Shown here one piece after another: positions 27,360 to 36,328 of a stretch of DNA of 50,789 nucleotides. The position numbers and the translations under genes are program-made. Position 1 is the first letter of the stretch. The number at the start of each line of letters is the position of its first letter. This DNA is from Chlamydiota bacterium. GTDB lineage: Bacteria > Chlamydiota > Chlamydiia > Chlamydiales > RGXB01. The stretch is from the NCBI GenBank assembly GCA_010031885.1, contig RGYU01000002.1, positions 1 through 50,789 of the forward strand, in the 5' to 3' direction. The notes under the pieces are model-generated. The model was given only the letters and a program-made list of their open reading frames with translations. It was not told where the DNA came from and did no database searches.

Positions 27360-28517
27360 TTGGATATAGATTTTCGATTTTTTAAAACCGATTTATTGAA
27401 AAAAAAAGGGCAAGAGCCTGCTCTTATTTTGGCGGCGGCATGTTTATACGCAAAAATCATATTTGTAGTGCATCCTATCCACGCCTTGATCCTTACCCTC
27501 TTTTGTTTTTATTTTTTCTTTGATTCCATTTTTTTATTTTTAACCATTCTGACAATAGGTTTTTTAAAACCTAATTTTTCTATTTTTTTTGGGGATATCC
27601 ATCTATTTTTGTGGATAAAAACGACATTAAAAAGTTCTATTTTTTCAATGTATCCGCAAGAAATAGCCGATTTTTTTTGCACTTTTTTTTTAGGCGAAGA
27701 GTGCTCTTATGAATTAGGCCATACGTTTCGCGCGTTAGGTTTGAGTCATCTTTTGGCAATATCAGGATTTCATTTTCAAACAATATTAGGAACCGTCGAT
27801 TTTTTTTTACACCCACTATCAAATAAAAAAATGGGAATTTACATCCTTTTTTTTATTGCACTATGTTATGTGTGCATAATTGAAGCGTCTGCATCCGTTT
27901 TGCGAAGCTTTATTTCTATAGGAATCAGTCTGATTGCACCCCTTTTAGGCAGATTTTCCGACGCTAAAAATTCTTTTTACCTCTCCTATTTTTTAATTTT
28001 TCTTTTATGCCCCAAAAAAATAGATTCTATTGGCTGCACACTCAGTTTTTTAGCTACTTTTGGCATACTTTTTTACAAAAATAAAATAGAAAATTTTTTT
28101 CACAGGCACTTAATTCGTCCATCCGTCTATTTTTTTGAAGATAAACAAATTGCTTTAAAGAAAAGTTTTTTTTCGATTCTTGCGCTTAATTTATCAGTTT
28201 TTATGACAACAACGCCCTATATTTTGATCACACTTGGAGCCTACCCCCCTCTTTCTCTTCTGACAAATCTTTTTTTTCCGACCCTTATGGTTCCGGCCCT
28301 TTTCTTTTTTTTATTGTCACTAATCATCCCTTTTTTTAGCGGTGTTGTGACAATTTACGTTCAAAAAATCATCTGGATCATGCAAGCAATCCCAAGACCA
28401 CTAGCTTTTAACATTTCAGTTCCAAGCGAATTTTTTTTTGTTTTAGAAACTATTTTGATACTTACGATCACGATTCCGTTTATACGCCCTTGCTTTAAAA
28501 CCCTAGATCATGTTTAA
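27360..28517 (+). CDS. comEC: ComEC/Rec2-family competence channel protein (core membrane domain only)
   Basis: Signature GLSHLLAISGFH within a protein of about 10 TM helices. 385 aa, TTG start in the ORF track. No C-terminal metallo-beta-lactamase domain. Confidence 0.75.
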   Translation: MDIDFRFFKTDLLKKKGQEPALILAAACLYAKIIFVVHPIHALILTLFCFYFFFDSIFLFLTILTIGFLKPNFSIFFGDIHLFLWIKTTLKSSIFSMYPQEIADFFCTFFLGEECSYELGHTFRALGLSHLLAISGFHFQTILGTVDFFLHPLSNKKMGIYILFFIALCYVCIIEASASVLRSFISIGISLIAPLLGRFSDAKNSFYLSYFLIFLLCPKKIDSIGCTLSFLATFGILFYKNKIENFFHRHLIRPSVYFFEDKQIALKKSFFSILALNLSVFMTTTPYILITLGAYPPLSLLTNLFFPTLMVPALFFFLLSLIIPFFSGVVTIYVQKIIWIMQAIPRPLAFNISVPSEFFFVLETILILTITIPFIRPCFKTLDHV

Positions 28518-28534
28518 TATCTGATAAGTTTTAT

Positions 28535-28608
28535 GGCGGACGTAGCTCAGTTGGTAGAGCTCCAGATTGTGGATCTGGCTGTCGCGGGTTCGAGTCCCGT
28601 CGTTCGCC
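28535..28608 (+). tRNA. tRNA-His (anticodon GTG at 28569-28571) with genomically encoded G-1
   Basis: Hand-folded. G-1 plus acceptor GCGGACG/CGTTCGC, D-arm TAGCTCAGTTGGTAGAGCT, anticodon stem CCAGA/TCTGG with loop TTGTGGA, T-arm GCGGG-TTCGAGT-CCCGT. C73 pairs with G-1. Confidence 0.9.
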
Positions 28609-28649
28609 CTTCTTGCTTTAAATAAGCTTTATTCATACCCTTTAGGTAA

Positions 28650-30944
28650 ATGCCTAAAATTTCGTTTAAATCCAAAGAACCAGAAGAATCTACAGATAAA
28701 AGCCACAGTGAAATTTTTGGCTTTGTCCTGTGCGCTCTTGCCATTCTTCTCATCTTGGCGCTAGTCTCTTTTCATCAGCAACAACCCGAAAAAAATTTAC
28801 TTGGACTTGTTGGTTACTTTACAAGTTTCATCCTCAATTATCTCATCGGAATACAGTCTTTCATGCTGGCCTTTTTTTTAATTTTTTGGGGAACCCGCCA
28901 TCTTCTTAAGGATCCTTTTGAAGACCCTTTAATGAAGGTCATTTTTTTCGCCTTATTTCTTTTATCCTCTTGCATCCTTTTATCTCTCATGTCGACAAGC
29001 TCGTGGTTTTATAACTTGAAGAAGTTTGTTTTGTTTGATACAGCTATCACGGATGGACCCTATCCCACGAGAATTTCTAAGGTGTTTTTAGGCGGAGTGA
29101 TTGCCGATTACCTGTACCAAGGTCTACCCTATTTTAATTTGAAAATTCTACTTACCCCCACTGGTACATTTTGCACCTTTTTGCTTATCTTATTGATATC
29201 GCTTATGTCGTTATTTGAGATTAGTCCACTGGCATTAGTTGATCACATTAAGGATCGGTTCCAAAAACTCAAAAAAGAGGCCCCTATTGATGAAACTGCC
29301 TCATTTAGTGTATCCAACGTTGAATCTATAAGGCGTGTTTGGCCAAGAAAGCTTAAAGCCCCTGAGGAGGAGGAGGCGATTGTGGAACTGGATCTTATTG
29401 AACCGGTTGAGCCAATCAAAAAGCGGCTTCTACCAAAAATCAAGGCAAGTGAATTGGCCCCTGCAATCAAATTGGAATCGAAAAAGAAGATCACGACAAA
29501 TGGATATGATTTGCCCCCCATCACACTTTTGACCGACGCGAAAAAAGTGGATCAACCGCTTCTTAAAAAGGATCTTGAAAGGCAAGCGCGTATTCTTGAA
29601 GATACCCTGTTGAGCTTTGGAATTGAAGGAAAGGTGGGAGAAATCAACTGTGGACCAACTATTACCTCTTTTGAGGTGCACCCTGCAATTGGTGTGAAAG
29701 TTCAAAAGATCAAGGCTCTGGAAAACGATATTGCCTTAAATCTTCAAGCCAAGTCAATCCGTATCATTGCTCCTATACCTGGTAAGGCTGCCGTTGGGGT
29801 AGAAATTCCGTCACCCACAGCCCAAGAGGTTGGCTTCAAACAGATGTTGATCTCTTACAGAAACAATCCCAAAAAATTTCACATCCCGGTCCTTTTGGGG
29901 AAAACTGTAAGTGGTGAAGAGGTGATCTGTGATTTGTCTAAGATGCCCCACTGCCTCATTGCCGGAGCCACAGGTTCTGGAAAATCGGTTTGTATTAATA
30001 CGATCATCATGTCTATTTTGATGAACGCCTCCCCTGACGAAATCAAGCTGATTTTAGTTGACCCCAAAAAAGTAGAATTGACCCCTTTTAGCCACCTCCC
30101 CCACCTTATAGCACCCGTGATTACAGAACCAAACGGGGCCTACTCGGCTCTCAAGTGGATCGTGCAAGAAATGCAACTACGCTATGAGATTCTCAAGCAA
30201 CTTGGTGTACGAAATATCCATGCTTTCAATACCCGCAAGCAGGATTTGCAATTGGAGCAATCCCTCAGTATCCCTGTTCCTGAAAAGATGTTTCATATCG
30301 TTGCGATCATCGATGAGTTTGCAGATTTGATGATGTCGACAAATGCGGATCTGGAGACTCCGATAGCCCGTATCGCCCAAATGGCCCGTGCAGTGGGTAT
30401 CCATTTAGTATTGGCAACCCAACGCCCCTCCAGAGAGGTGATCACCGGCCTGATCAAGGCAAACTTTCCAACAAGAATAGCATTCAAAGTTGCAAGTCGC
30501 ATCAACAGTCAAATTATTTTAGATGAAAATGGTGCAGAGGCTCTCCTTGGGAATGGAGATATGCTCTTCTTACCGCCCGGTACATCGCAAATTTTGCGCG
30601 CACAGGGCGTATACATTCGCGATGAGGATATCAATCGCGTTGTGTCGTTCATACAAGATCAACGACCAGCAAATTACCTTATACAGTCCTTTGACGCTTT
30701 ATCGGAAGACCCCCTATTTGCTGAAGATGGGGAGGAGAATGAGGGGAGCGACTCACTCTATTCAAGGGCCCTTGAAACTGTTGTGCAACACAACAATGCA
30801 TCCACTACCTTCTTGCAAAGAAAACTCAAAATTGGCTATGCACGCGCCGCCAGCCTGATTGATGAGCTGGAAAGTAAAGGGATCATTAGTCCACCCGATG
30901 GTGCAAAGGCCAGAAAAGTCTTAATTCGTCCAGACATTATTTAA
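28650..30944 (+). CDS. ftsK: DNA translocase FtsK
   Basis: N-terminal 4-5 TM helices, an acidic/Pro linker, a motor domain with Walker A IAGATGSGKSV, Walker B IIDEFADL and ATQRPS, and a C-terminal winged-helix gamma domain (LQRKLKIGYARAASLIDELE). Confidence 0.93.
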   Translation: MPKISFKSKEPEESTDKSHSEIFGFVLCALAILLILALVSFHQQQPEKNLLGLVGYFTSFILNYLIGIQSFMLAFFLIFWGTRHLLKDPFEDPLMKVIFFALFLLSSCILLSLMSTSSWFYNLKKFVLFDTAITDGPYPTRISKVFLGGVIADYLYQGLPYFNLKILLTPTGTFCTFLLILLISLMSLFEISPLALVDHIKDRFQKLKKEAPIDETASFSVSNVESIRRVWPRKLKAPEEEEAIVELDLIEPVEPIKKRLLPKIKASELAPAIKLESKKKITTNGYDLPPITLLTDAKKVDQPLLKKDLERQARILEDTLLSFGIEGKVGEINCGPTITSFEVHPAIGVKVQKIKALENDIALNLQAKSIRIIAPIPGKAAVGVEIPSPTAQEVGFKQMLISYRNNPKKFHIPVLLGKTVSGEEVICDLSKMPHCLIAGATGSGKSVCINTIIMSILMNASPDEIKLILVDPKKVELTPFSHLPHLIAPVITEPNGAYSALKWIVQEMQLRYEILKQLGVRNIHAFNTRKQDLQLEQSLSIPVPEKMFHIVAIIDEFADLMMSTNADLETPIARIAQMARAVGIHLVLATQRPSREVITGLIKANFPTRIAFKVASRINSQIILDENGAEALLGNGDMLFLPPGTSQILRAQGVYIRDEDINRVVSFIQDQRPANYLIQSFDALSEDPLFAEDGEENEGSDSLYSRALETVVQHNNASTTFLQRKLKIGYARAASLIDELESKGIISPPDGAKARKVLIRPDII

Positions 30945-31771
30945 TGCTAAAAATTATCCTCTTTTCTTTTTTTGCCCAACTGATCTTACAGGCTGAAAAT
31001 AGCCCTATCCGTTATTTTCTATCCCCGATTGATGAAGTCTATAACCAATCAGGGATTGAGGGGATAGACCGTATCTTTTTGATCAATCTGAAAAGGCAGG
31101 AAAAAAAAAGGATTCGCTGTGAACAAATCGCAGATAAATACAAATTTTTTATGAACCGATTTGAAGCCTTTGAAGGGGCAAAAATCCCCTTATCTGTTCA
31201 AAGACTTCTCACTGAACCCAAATGTAAACCATTAACTTCTGGAATGTACGGTTTATTTTTGAGTTTTTTATCTATCGTTCATCACGCCCATCAAAAAAAT
31301 TATGAACGCATCTGGATACTAGAGGATGATTTTGAAGTTCTTTCTGACCCAAAAGATCTCATACCTATCCTAGATAAATTGGATCGAATAGATCCCTCTT
31401 GGGATATTTTTTTCACCGATTTAGGAAAAAAATGGCCTTTAGGAAGTAAATATGTATCGGACAGGAATCGGCATATTCCCCGCTATATGCAAAACCAAGC
31501 TATGAGTTTACGAAACTGCAATGACTGGCTCAAAGACTTAGAGATCTACTCATCCTCTTATCAGGTCGACCAGGAGATCTTTAGGCAATATTTACGGTTT
31601 GGGAATCACTCTCTCATTTTATCTAGAGGGGGAATCGAACGGATTTATAAATTTTACAATGATCATCTCCTTGCAGACGTAACCGATAATGATCTTTATT
31701 TCATTCCTTTAAAGTGCGCTACTGAGCGTATTGAAAAATGGAATCATACGGCTTGGGCCATCCTGAGCTAA
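30944..31771 (+). CDS. Glycosyltransferase family 25-like protein with N-terminal signal peptide
   Basis: Leader MLKIILFSFFAQLILQAENS. IFLINLKRQEKKRIRC...FEAFEG, LTSGMYGLFLS and WILEDDF match the GT25 (Lic2/LgtB-type) pattern as I recall it. The start overlaps the ftsK stop (TAATG). Confidence 0.55.
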   Translation: MLKIILFSFFAQLILQAENSPIRYFLSPIDEVYNQSGIEGIDRIFLINLKRQEKKRIRCEQIADKYKFFMNRFEAFEGAKIPLSVQRLLTEPKCKPLTSGMYGLFLSFLSIVHHAHQKNYERIWILEDDFEVLSDPKDLIPILDKLDRIDPSWDIFFTDLGKKWPLGSKYVSDRNRHIPRYMQNQAMSLRNCNDWLKDLEIYSSSYQVDQEIFRQYLRFGNHSLILSRGGIERIYKFYNDHLLADVTDNDLYFIPLKCATERIEKWNHTAWAILS

Positions 31772-32488
31772 AACCTCTATAGGAACCTTAATCCCCTCCA
31801 TCGCCTTTAGCGCGACCTCCGGTAAATTACACTCTTGAGACAAGTGGGCCAAAACAACCTGCTCTAAGGATGGATTCATAACGGCATCAAGCAGCTGTCT
31901 CGACTCCTCATTGGAAAGGTGCCCTTGTTTACTTAGAACACGCTTTTTATAAACCTGGGGACGATTGGAGGCGTGCACCATACCTACATCGTGGTTAGCT
32001 TCCAAAATCAGATGGGTACAATTTTGAAGAGCTCGAATTGCCATTGGGGTAACAAAACCTATGTCAGTACAAATACCAAATTTACGATCTTTGCATGTGA
32101 ATGTGAAGGCAACAGGGTCTACAGCATCATGAGGAATCGAAAAAGGGTGAACCAAAAACTCGTTTAATGTAAAAGAGACACCGGTTTCAAAAATCTTGAA
32201 TTTTGGTCGTACATTCATCGATTGATGCAAAAACTTGGCCGTTTCACAATTTGCATAAATCGGAATCTCATGATGTTTCACAATCGTCTCAAGCCCAGCA
32301 ATATGGTCGTGATGATCATGAGTGACTAAAATTCCGTCAATATCGTCTAGGTTAAGCCCAATTTTATCTAATAAATCTTCTGTTTTTTTCTTTGAAAATC
32401 CGGCATCGATTAAGAAAATAGAGTCGGAACCTTTAAGGACAGTTACATTTCCTTTAGAACCTGATCCCAACGAACAGAAACCATCCAT
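31709..32488 (-). CDS. MBL-fold metallo-hydrolase (YycJ-like)
   Basis: GSGSKGN near the N-terminus and the THDHHDH (HxHxDH) motif. 259 aa. Its 3' end overlaps the convergent GT25-like ORF by 63 nt. Confidence 0.85.
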   Translation of the reverse strand: MDGFCSLGSGSKGNVTVLKGSDSIFLIDAGFSKKKTEDLLDKIGLNLDDIDGILVTHDHHDHIAGLETIVKHHEIPIYANCETAKFLHQSMNVRPKFKIFETGVSFTLNEFLVHPFSIPHDAVDPVAFTFTCKDRKFGICTDIGFVTPMAIRALQNCTHLILEANHDVGMVHASNRPQVYKKRVLSKQGHLSNEESRQLLDAVMNPSLEQVVLAHLSQECNLPEVALKAMEGIKVPIEVLAQDGPSRMIPFFNTLSSAL

Positions 32489-32593
32489 GAGCTATCCCAA
32501 ATATAAAGATTTAAGCTGTTTGAGTATTTTTACAAGGAACTATACACGAGTATCTAATATAGAGGAAAAAGAAGTTGCTTACGTTTGCTATGC

Positions 32594-32621
32594 AAAAAAA
32601 AAAGGGCCCTGAGGCCCTTTT
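32594..32621 (-). terminator. Intrinsic terminator downstream of the 32635-33783 gene
   Basis: Perfect stem AGGGCC/GGCCCT (32603-32608 / 32613-32618) with loop CTGA. On the minus strand it is followed by a T10 run (A-run 32594-32603 on the plus strand). Confidence 0.75.
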
Positions 32622-32634
32622 AAATTCGTTTTTT

Positions 32635-33783
32635 TTAACCCTTCTTCAACCGAATCGGGCTAACAGATTTAATCTTTTTATCGATCGTTTTCTTTTCGAG
32701 AATTTTCTTGGGTTCTGCTTCCCCTTTTTGAGGTCTGCCACGCTTTTTAGGAGCCTCTTGAACTGATCCACCGAAAACTTTTGCCATCCTACTTTCATCT
32801 GTTGTGATGATTGTGGGGGTCAGCTTCAACGTCTCTATCACTTTTCTTGTAGAGGGTTGATCCAAACCTGGAAAGGATCCTAATTTACCTGAAAGATGTC
32901 TTAAAGATTCCAAACGCTGTGATAACATTTCTAATCTTGAATCGACTTTCGGACGCTCTAACCCACGCAAACTTTGACTCAATTCTTGCGATTGTTGGAA
33001 TTTTGTCGAGAAATAGATGGCGTCAGGATTGTAATCGGATAAATACAAAAATGGCCTCAATGTGGAAGGACAGGTTTTGAAAATGTCTATTGTGAATTGT
33101 GGATCTGTCTCAACTTTAGGAAGAGCTTTAGGAGGACGACCCCTTCTTGGCTTTTGAACATAGCTATCTGCAGATTGATAGCTTGCAGCCTTAATCCCAA
33201 TAATTTCTCTGGCTTGAGCAACATCTTTGGGTACTTTTATATCAAAAAGGTGAAGTTTTGCTTTTTCCAAAAGATTTTTTGGCATCTCCAAATCCTCTTC
33301 AAAAGCAAAAAATATTCTAAGCTTACAGAGCCATTCGATGATGCGCACCTTGAAACGCTCAAGATAGTATTGTTGCCATTTATCCAACTCGGTTAAGTGG
33401 TCAAAAATAAACTCCAAAAAGTTTTCTTTGGCTTCCCTTGAAGAGATAATATCTAAAAGTTTTTCTTTAGTATCAATATCGTAAACTTTTTCATTGACAA
33501 ACCCCTCCATGACCTTTTTGGACTCATAGTAGGTGAGCTTGGGGACGGGAATGTAGCGGTTAGAGTGCTGGGAAATTTCCGTTTCAGCCTCCCTAATCTC
33601 CTCCTCCGGCTTATCCAGATCAAGGTAGACGATTGCACCTTCAACACGGTCTAAATAGAAGTCCCTCTCGTCATCGGACCGGGAAAACGCCTCTAACAGG
33701 CGGTGGTAGCGGATGATGATCGGACACTGCGGTTCTGGGTATGAATTCATAACACTTGAGTCTACCATTTGAGCGGATTTCAT
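32635..33783 (-). CDS. UPF0158-like N-terminal domain protein with two C-terminal AT-hook motifs
   Basis: DFYLDRVEGAIVYLDLD...RYIPVPKLTYYESKKVMEGF...DKWQQYYLERFKVRIIEWL resembles the UPF0158 pattern. AT-hooks are KPRRGRPPK (33127-33153) and KKRGRPQK (32725-32748). Confidence 0.6.
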   Translation of the reverse strand: MKSAQMVDSSVMNSYPEPQCPIIIRYHRLLEAFSRSDDERDFYLDRVEGAIVYLDLDKPEEEIREAETEISQHSNRYIPVPKLTYYESKKVMEGFVNEKVYDIDTKEKLLDIISSREAKENFLEFIFDHLTELDKWQQYYLERFKVRIIEWLCKLRIFFAFEEDLEMPKNLLEKAKLHLFDIKVPKDVAQAREIIGIKAASYQSADSYVQKPRRGRPPKALPKVETDPQFTIDIFKTCPSTLRPFLYLSDYNPDAIYFSTKFQQSQELSQSLRGLERPKVDSRLEMLSQRLESLRHLSGKLGSFPGLDQPSTRKVIETLKLTPTIITTDESRMAKVFGGSVQEAPKKRGRPQKGEAEPKKILEKKTIDKKIKSVSPIRLKKG

Positions 33784-33825
33784 CGGTAGACAAATTTGAA
33801 TTCTTTTGGGTATACTTGCCCTACT

Positions 33826-35112
33826 ATGTTAGATATTAAACTGATCCGTAAGGAAAGCGACGTTGTTCAAAAAAGACTTCGCCTTAAAGACCCTAAAATT
33901 GACCTAACTCCTCTTCTTAATGCCGATAAAGAGTGGCAATCGATTACCCCAAAGCTCGAGAATCTCAGAGCCGAAAAAAATCGTCTTTCCAAAGACGTCG
34001 GGATAAAAAAAGGGAAAGGTGAGGACTGCGCTTTAGAAATGGATCGGATGGGTGAAATTAAAACCCAAGAGACTGAGCTTTCGAGGCAACAATCTCTTTT
34101 GAGTGAACAGGTCAGCACCCTACTAAGTGAATTGCCCAACCTCCCTTTTTCCGATGTTCCGTTTGGAACTTCGGCTCAAGATAATGTAGAGATACACCGA
34201 TTTAAAGAAAAAAAAGAGCTTGGCTTCCCGTTTAAACATCATGTGGAACTTTCGGATGCACTTGGATTGTTTGATTTTGAAAGAGGTGCAAAAATTTCTG
34301 GGCGTGGTTTTCCGATCTACAATCATGTAGCTTCAAAAATTGAGCTTGGTTTATGGAATTTAATGCTTGAAACGCACCAAAAGCACGGGTTTCATGTGCG
34401 GATGATGCCCCTTCTTGTGCGACCGGAGACTATGTACGCTTCAGGTCAATTACCCAAATTTGAAAACCAACTTTTTAAGATTCGCGATGAAGATTTTCAG
34501 CTCTATTTAATTCCTACATCCGAAGTGCCTATCAACAGCCTTTATAGAGATGAAATCATAGATGAGAAAGATTTACCCCTCCTACTCACCTCTTTAACCC
34601 CTTGCTTTCGTCGAGAAGCGGGTGCAGCTGGATCCAATGAAAGAGGATTAATTCGCACACACCAATTCTACAAAGTTGAACTTTTTGCACTTACAACACC
34701 TCATACAAGCCCCGAAACGCACGAAAAAATGATCGCCTCGGCACATGAAGTTTTAGAGACCCTGGATCTACATTATAGAGATATGCTCCTTTGCACTGAC
34801 GATATGTCTTTTGCCGCAGCTAAAACGGTTGATATTGAAGTATGGCTACACGGGCAGAATCGTTACTATGAAGTTTCTTCAGCGTCTAACTGCTCTTGTT
34901 ATCAAGCCAGAAGATCCAATATCCGTTATCGAAAAAAAGATGGTACTTTGGACTTTGTCCATACATTAAATGCCTCAGGACTTGCAACCTCCCGATTAAT
35001 GGTGGCTCTGCTAGAATCGAATCAAAAAGAAGACGGATCGATCCATTTGCCACAAAAACTTGCAAAAAGGATCGGTTTTGAGGTAATAAGGGCTGATGGC
35101 ACTATTGCATAA
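33826..35112 (+). CDS. serS: Seryl-tRNA synthetase
   Basis: MLDIKLIRKE start with an N-terminal coiled-coil arm. Class II motifs FRREAG, RTHQFYKVE and GLATSRLMVALLE. The ORF track starts at TTG 33796. ATG 33826 gives the canonical N-terminus. Confidence 0.92.
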   Translation: MLDIKLIRKESDVVQKRLRLKDPKIDLTPLLNADKEWQSITPKLENLRAEKNRLSKDVGIKKGKGEDCALEMDRMGEIKTQETELSRQQSLLSEQVSTLLSELPNLPFSDVPFGTSAQDNVEIHRFKEKKELGFPFKHHVELSDALGLFDFERGAKISGRGFPIYNHVASKIELGLWNLMLETHQKHGFHVRMMPLLVRPETMYASGQLPKFENQLFKIRDEDFQLYLIPTSEVPINSLYRDEIIDEKDLPLLLTSLTPCFRREAGAAGSNERGLIRTHQFYKVELFALTTPHTSPETHEKMIASAHEVLETLDLHYRDMLLCTDDMSFAAAKTVDIEVWLHGQNRYYEVSSASNCSCYQARRSNIRYRKKDGTLDFVHTLNASGLATSRLMVALLESNQKEDGSIHLPQKLAKRIGFEVIRADGTIA

Positions 35113-36328
35113 CAAGCTTTGCGATTTAATTCAAAGATCTCCTGATCCCTATCATGCTGTAGAGGCAATCAGGGAAACTTTGGGTTTTACCGATTTTAAC
35201 CTAAGCTCTCATAAAGAACTTAAGGCAGGAAAAAAATATTTTCTTAAAAAAGGGGGATTCTGTTTTGCGTTCATACTCCCCTCAAAACCAATTGAGAGTT
35301 TTTGCCTCATAGGTACCCATATTGACAGTCCGGCTCTAAAACTGAATGCGCGCCCTTTCGTCAAAAAAGGGGAAAGGATCTATTTTGATGTCGACCGCTC
35401 TGGTGGCATTATGTATACATCTTGGCTAGATCGTGACCTTCTCTTGTCAGGAAAGATTATCACGGACAAAGAAGAAAAGTTAGTTCGTCATGACTCCCAT
35501 CATTTCTCTATTCCCAACTGCCCCATCCATATTGACCGGGAAAAAAACGATAAACATGCGTTTGATCCAACAAAAGAACTTCTCCCTTTTGTGACAGCCG
35601 AAGAAAAAGAGGTTACCCTCTCCAAAATACTTAAAGAAAAAACGATCACAGCGTTCGATTTGTATTTAACCCCAGCAGAAAAAGGGGCTTTAACAGGCTT
35701 AGATAACCAGATTCTTTCCAGTTATCGACTTGACAACATGTGCAGTGCGTTTGCGGCGATGGAGGCAATTGCATCCTCAAAACCTCATAAAAACGCCCTG
35801 ATTGGCGCCCTTTTTTACAATGACGAAGAGACAGGATCCATGTCTGTAGAAGGGGCCGATTCACCCTTTGTAATGGATGCACTTGAGCAGATCTGCCTTT
35901 TAACAGGAATTGGCCGGCTAGGATTTTTGCAAGTTAAGGAGAAAAGCGCCTTTTATTCTGTAGACGTTGCGCACGCGTTTGTGGACGGTCATGATCTTAA
36001 GTTTCATGCTAACCACCGTCTTGAATTAGGTAAAGGAATTGTAATCAAAAGGAATCACTCCCTTCATTATGCCTACAACATCCAGCTAGAGGCCCATCTT
36101 CTTAAAATTTTAAAGAAAAAATCGATTCCCCACCAATTTTTTGCCCCTTTGACAGGAAAAGTATCAGGATCCACCATAGGGCCTCATGTAGCAGCCCGAT
36201 TCGGTATTCCTACCATCGACGTCGGAATCGCTATTCAATCAATGCACTCGGCTAGGGAATCTTTACACATCAGGGATCTTGAAGCTTTGGTGCGTCTCAT
36301 GAAGGAAATATATGTGCATGTCTCATGA
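35096..36328 (+). CDS. M18-family (aspartyl) aminopeptidase
   Basis: GTHIDSPALKL, NDEETGS and IQSMHSARE motifs typical of peptidase family M18. 410 aa. Confidence 0.8.
   Translation: MALLHNKLCDLIQRSPDPYHAVEAIRETLGFTDFNLSSHKELKAGKKYFLKKGGFCFAFILPSKPIESFCLIGTHIDSPALKLNARPFVKKGERIYFDVDRSGGIMYTSWLDRDLLLSGKIITDKEEKLVRHDSHHFSIPNCPIHIDREKNDKHAFDPTKELLPFVTAEEKEVTLSKILKEKTITAFDLYLTPAEKGALTGLDNQILSSYRLDNMCSAFAAMEAIASSKPHKNALIGALFYNDEETGSMSVEGADSPFVMDALEQICLLTGIGRLGFLQVKEKSAFYSVDVAHAFVDGHDLKFHANHRLELGKGIVIKRNHSLHYAYNIQLEAHLLKILKKKSIPHQFFAPLTGKVSGSTIGPHVAARFGIPTIDVGIAIQSMHSARESLHIRDLEALVRLMKEIYVHVS

Noticed and set aside
28547-28764. Two small ORFs (68 aa on the minus strand, 65 aa on the plus strand) spanning tRNA-His
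   Set aside because: They overlap a well-folded tRNA gene and the ftsK 5' region, so they are not credible coding sequences.
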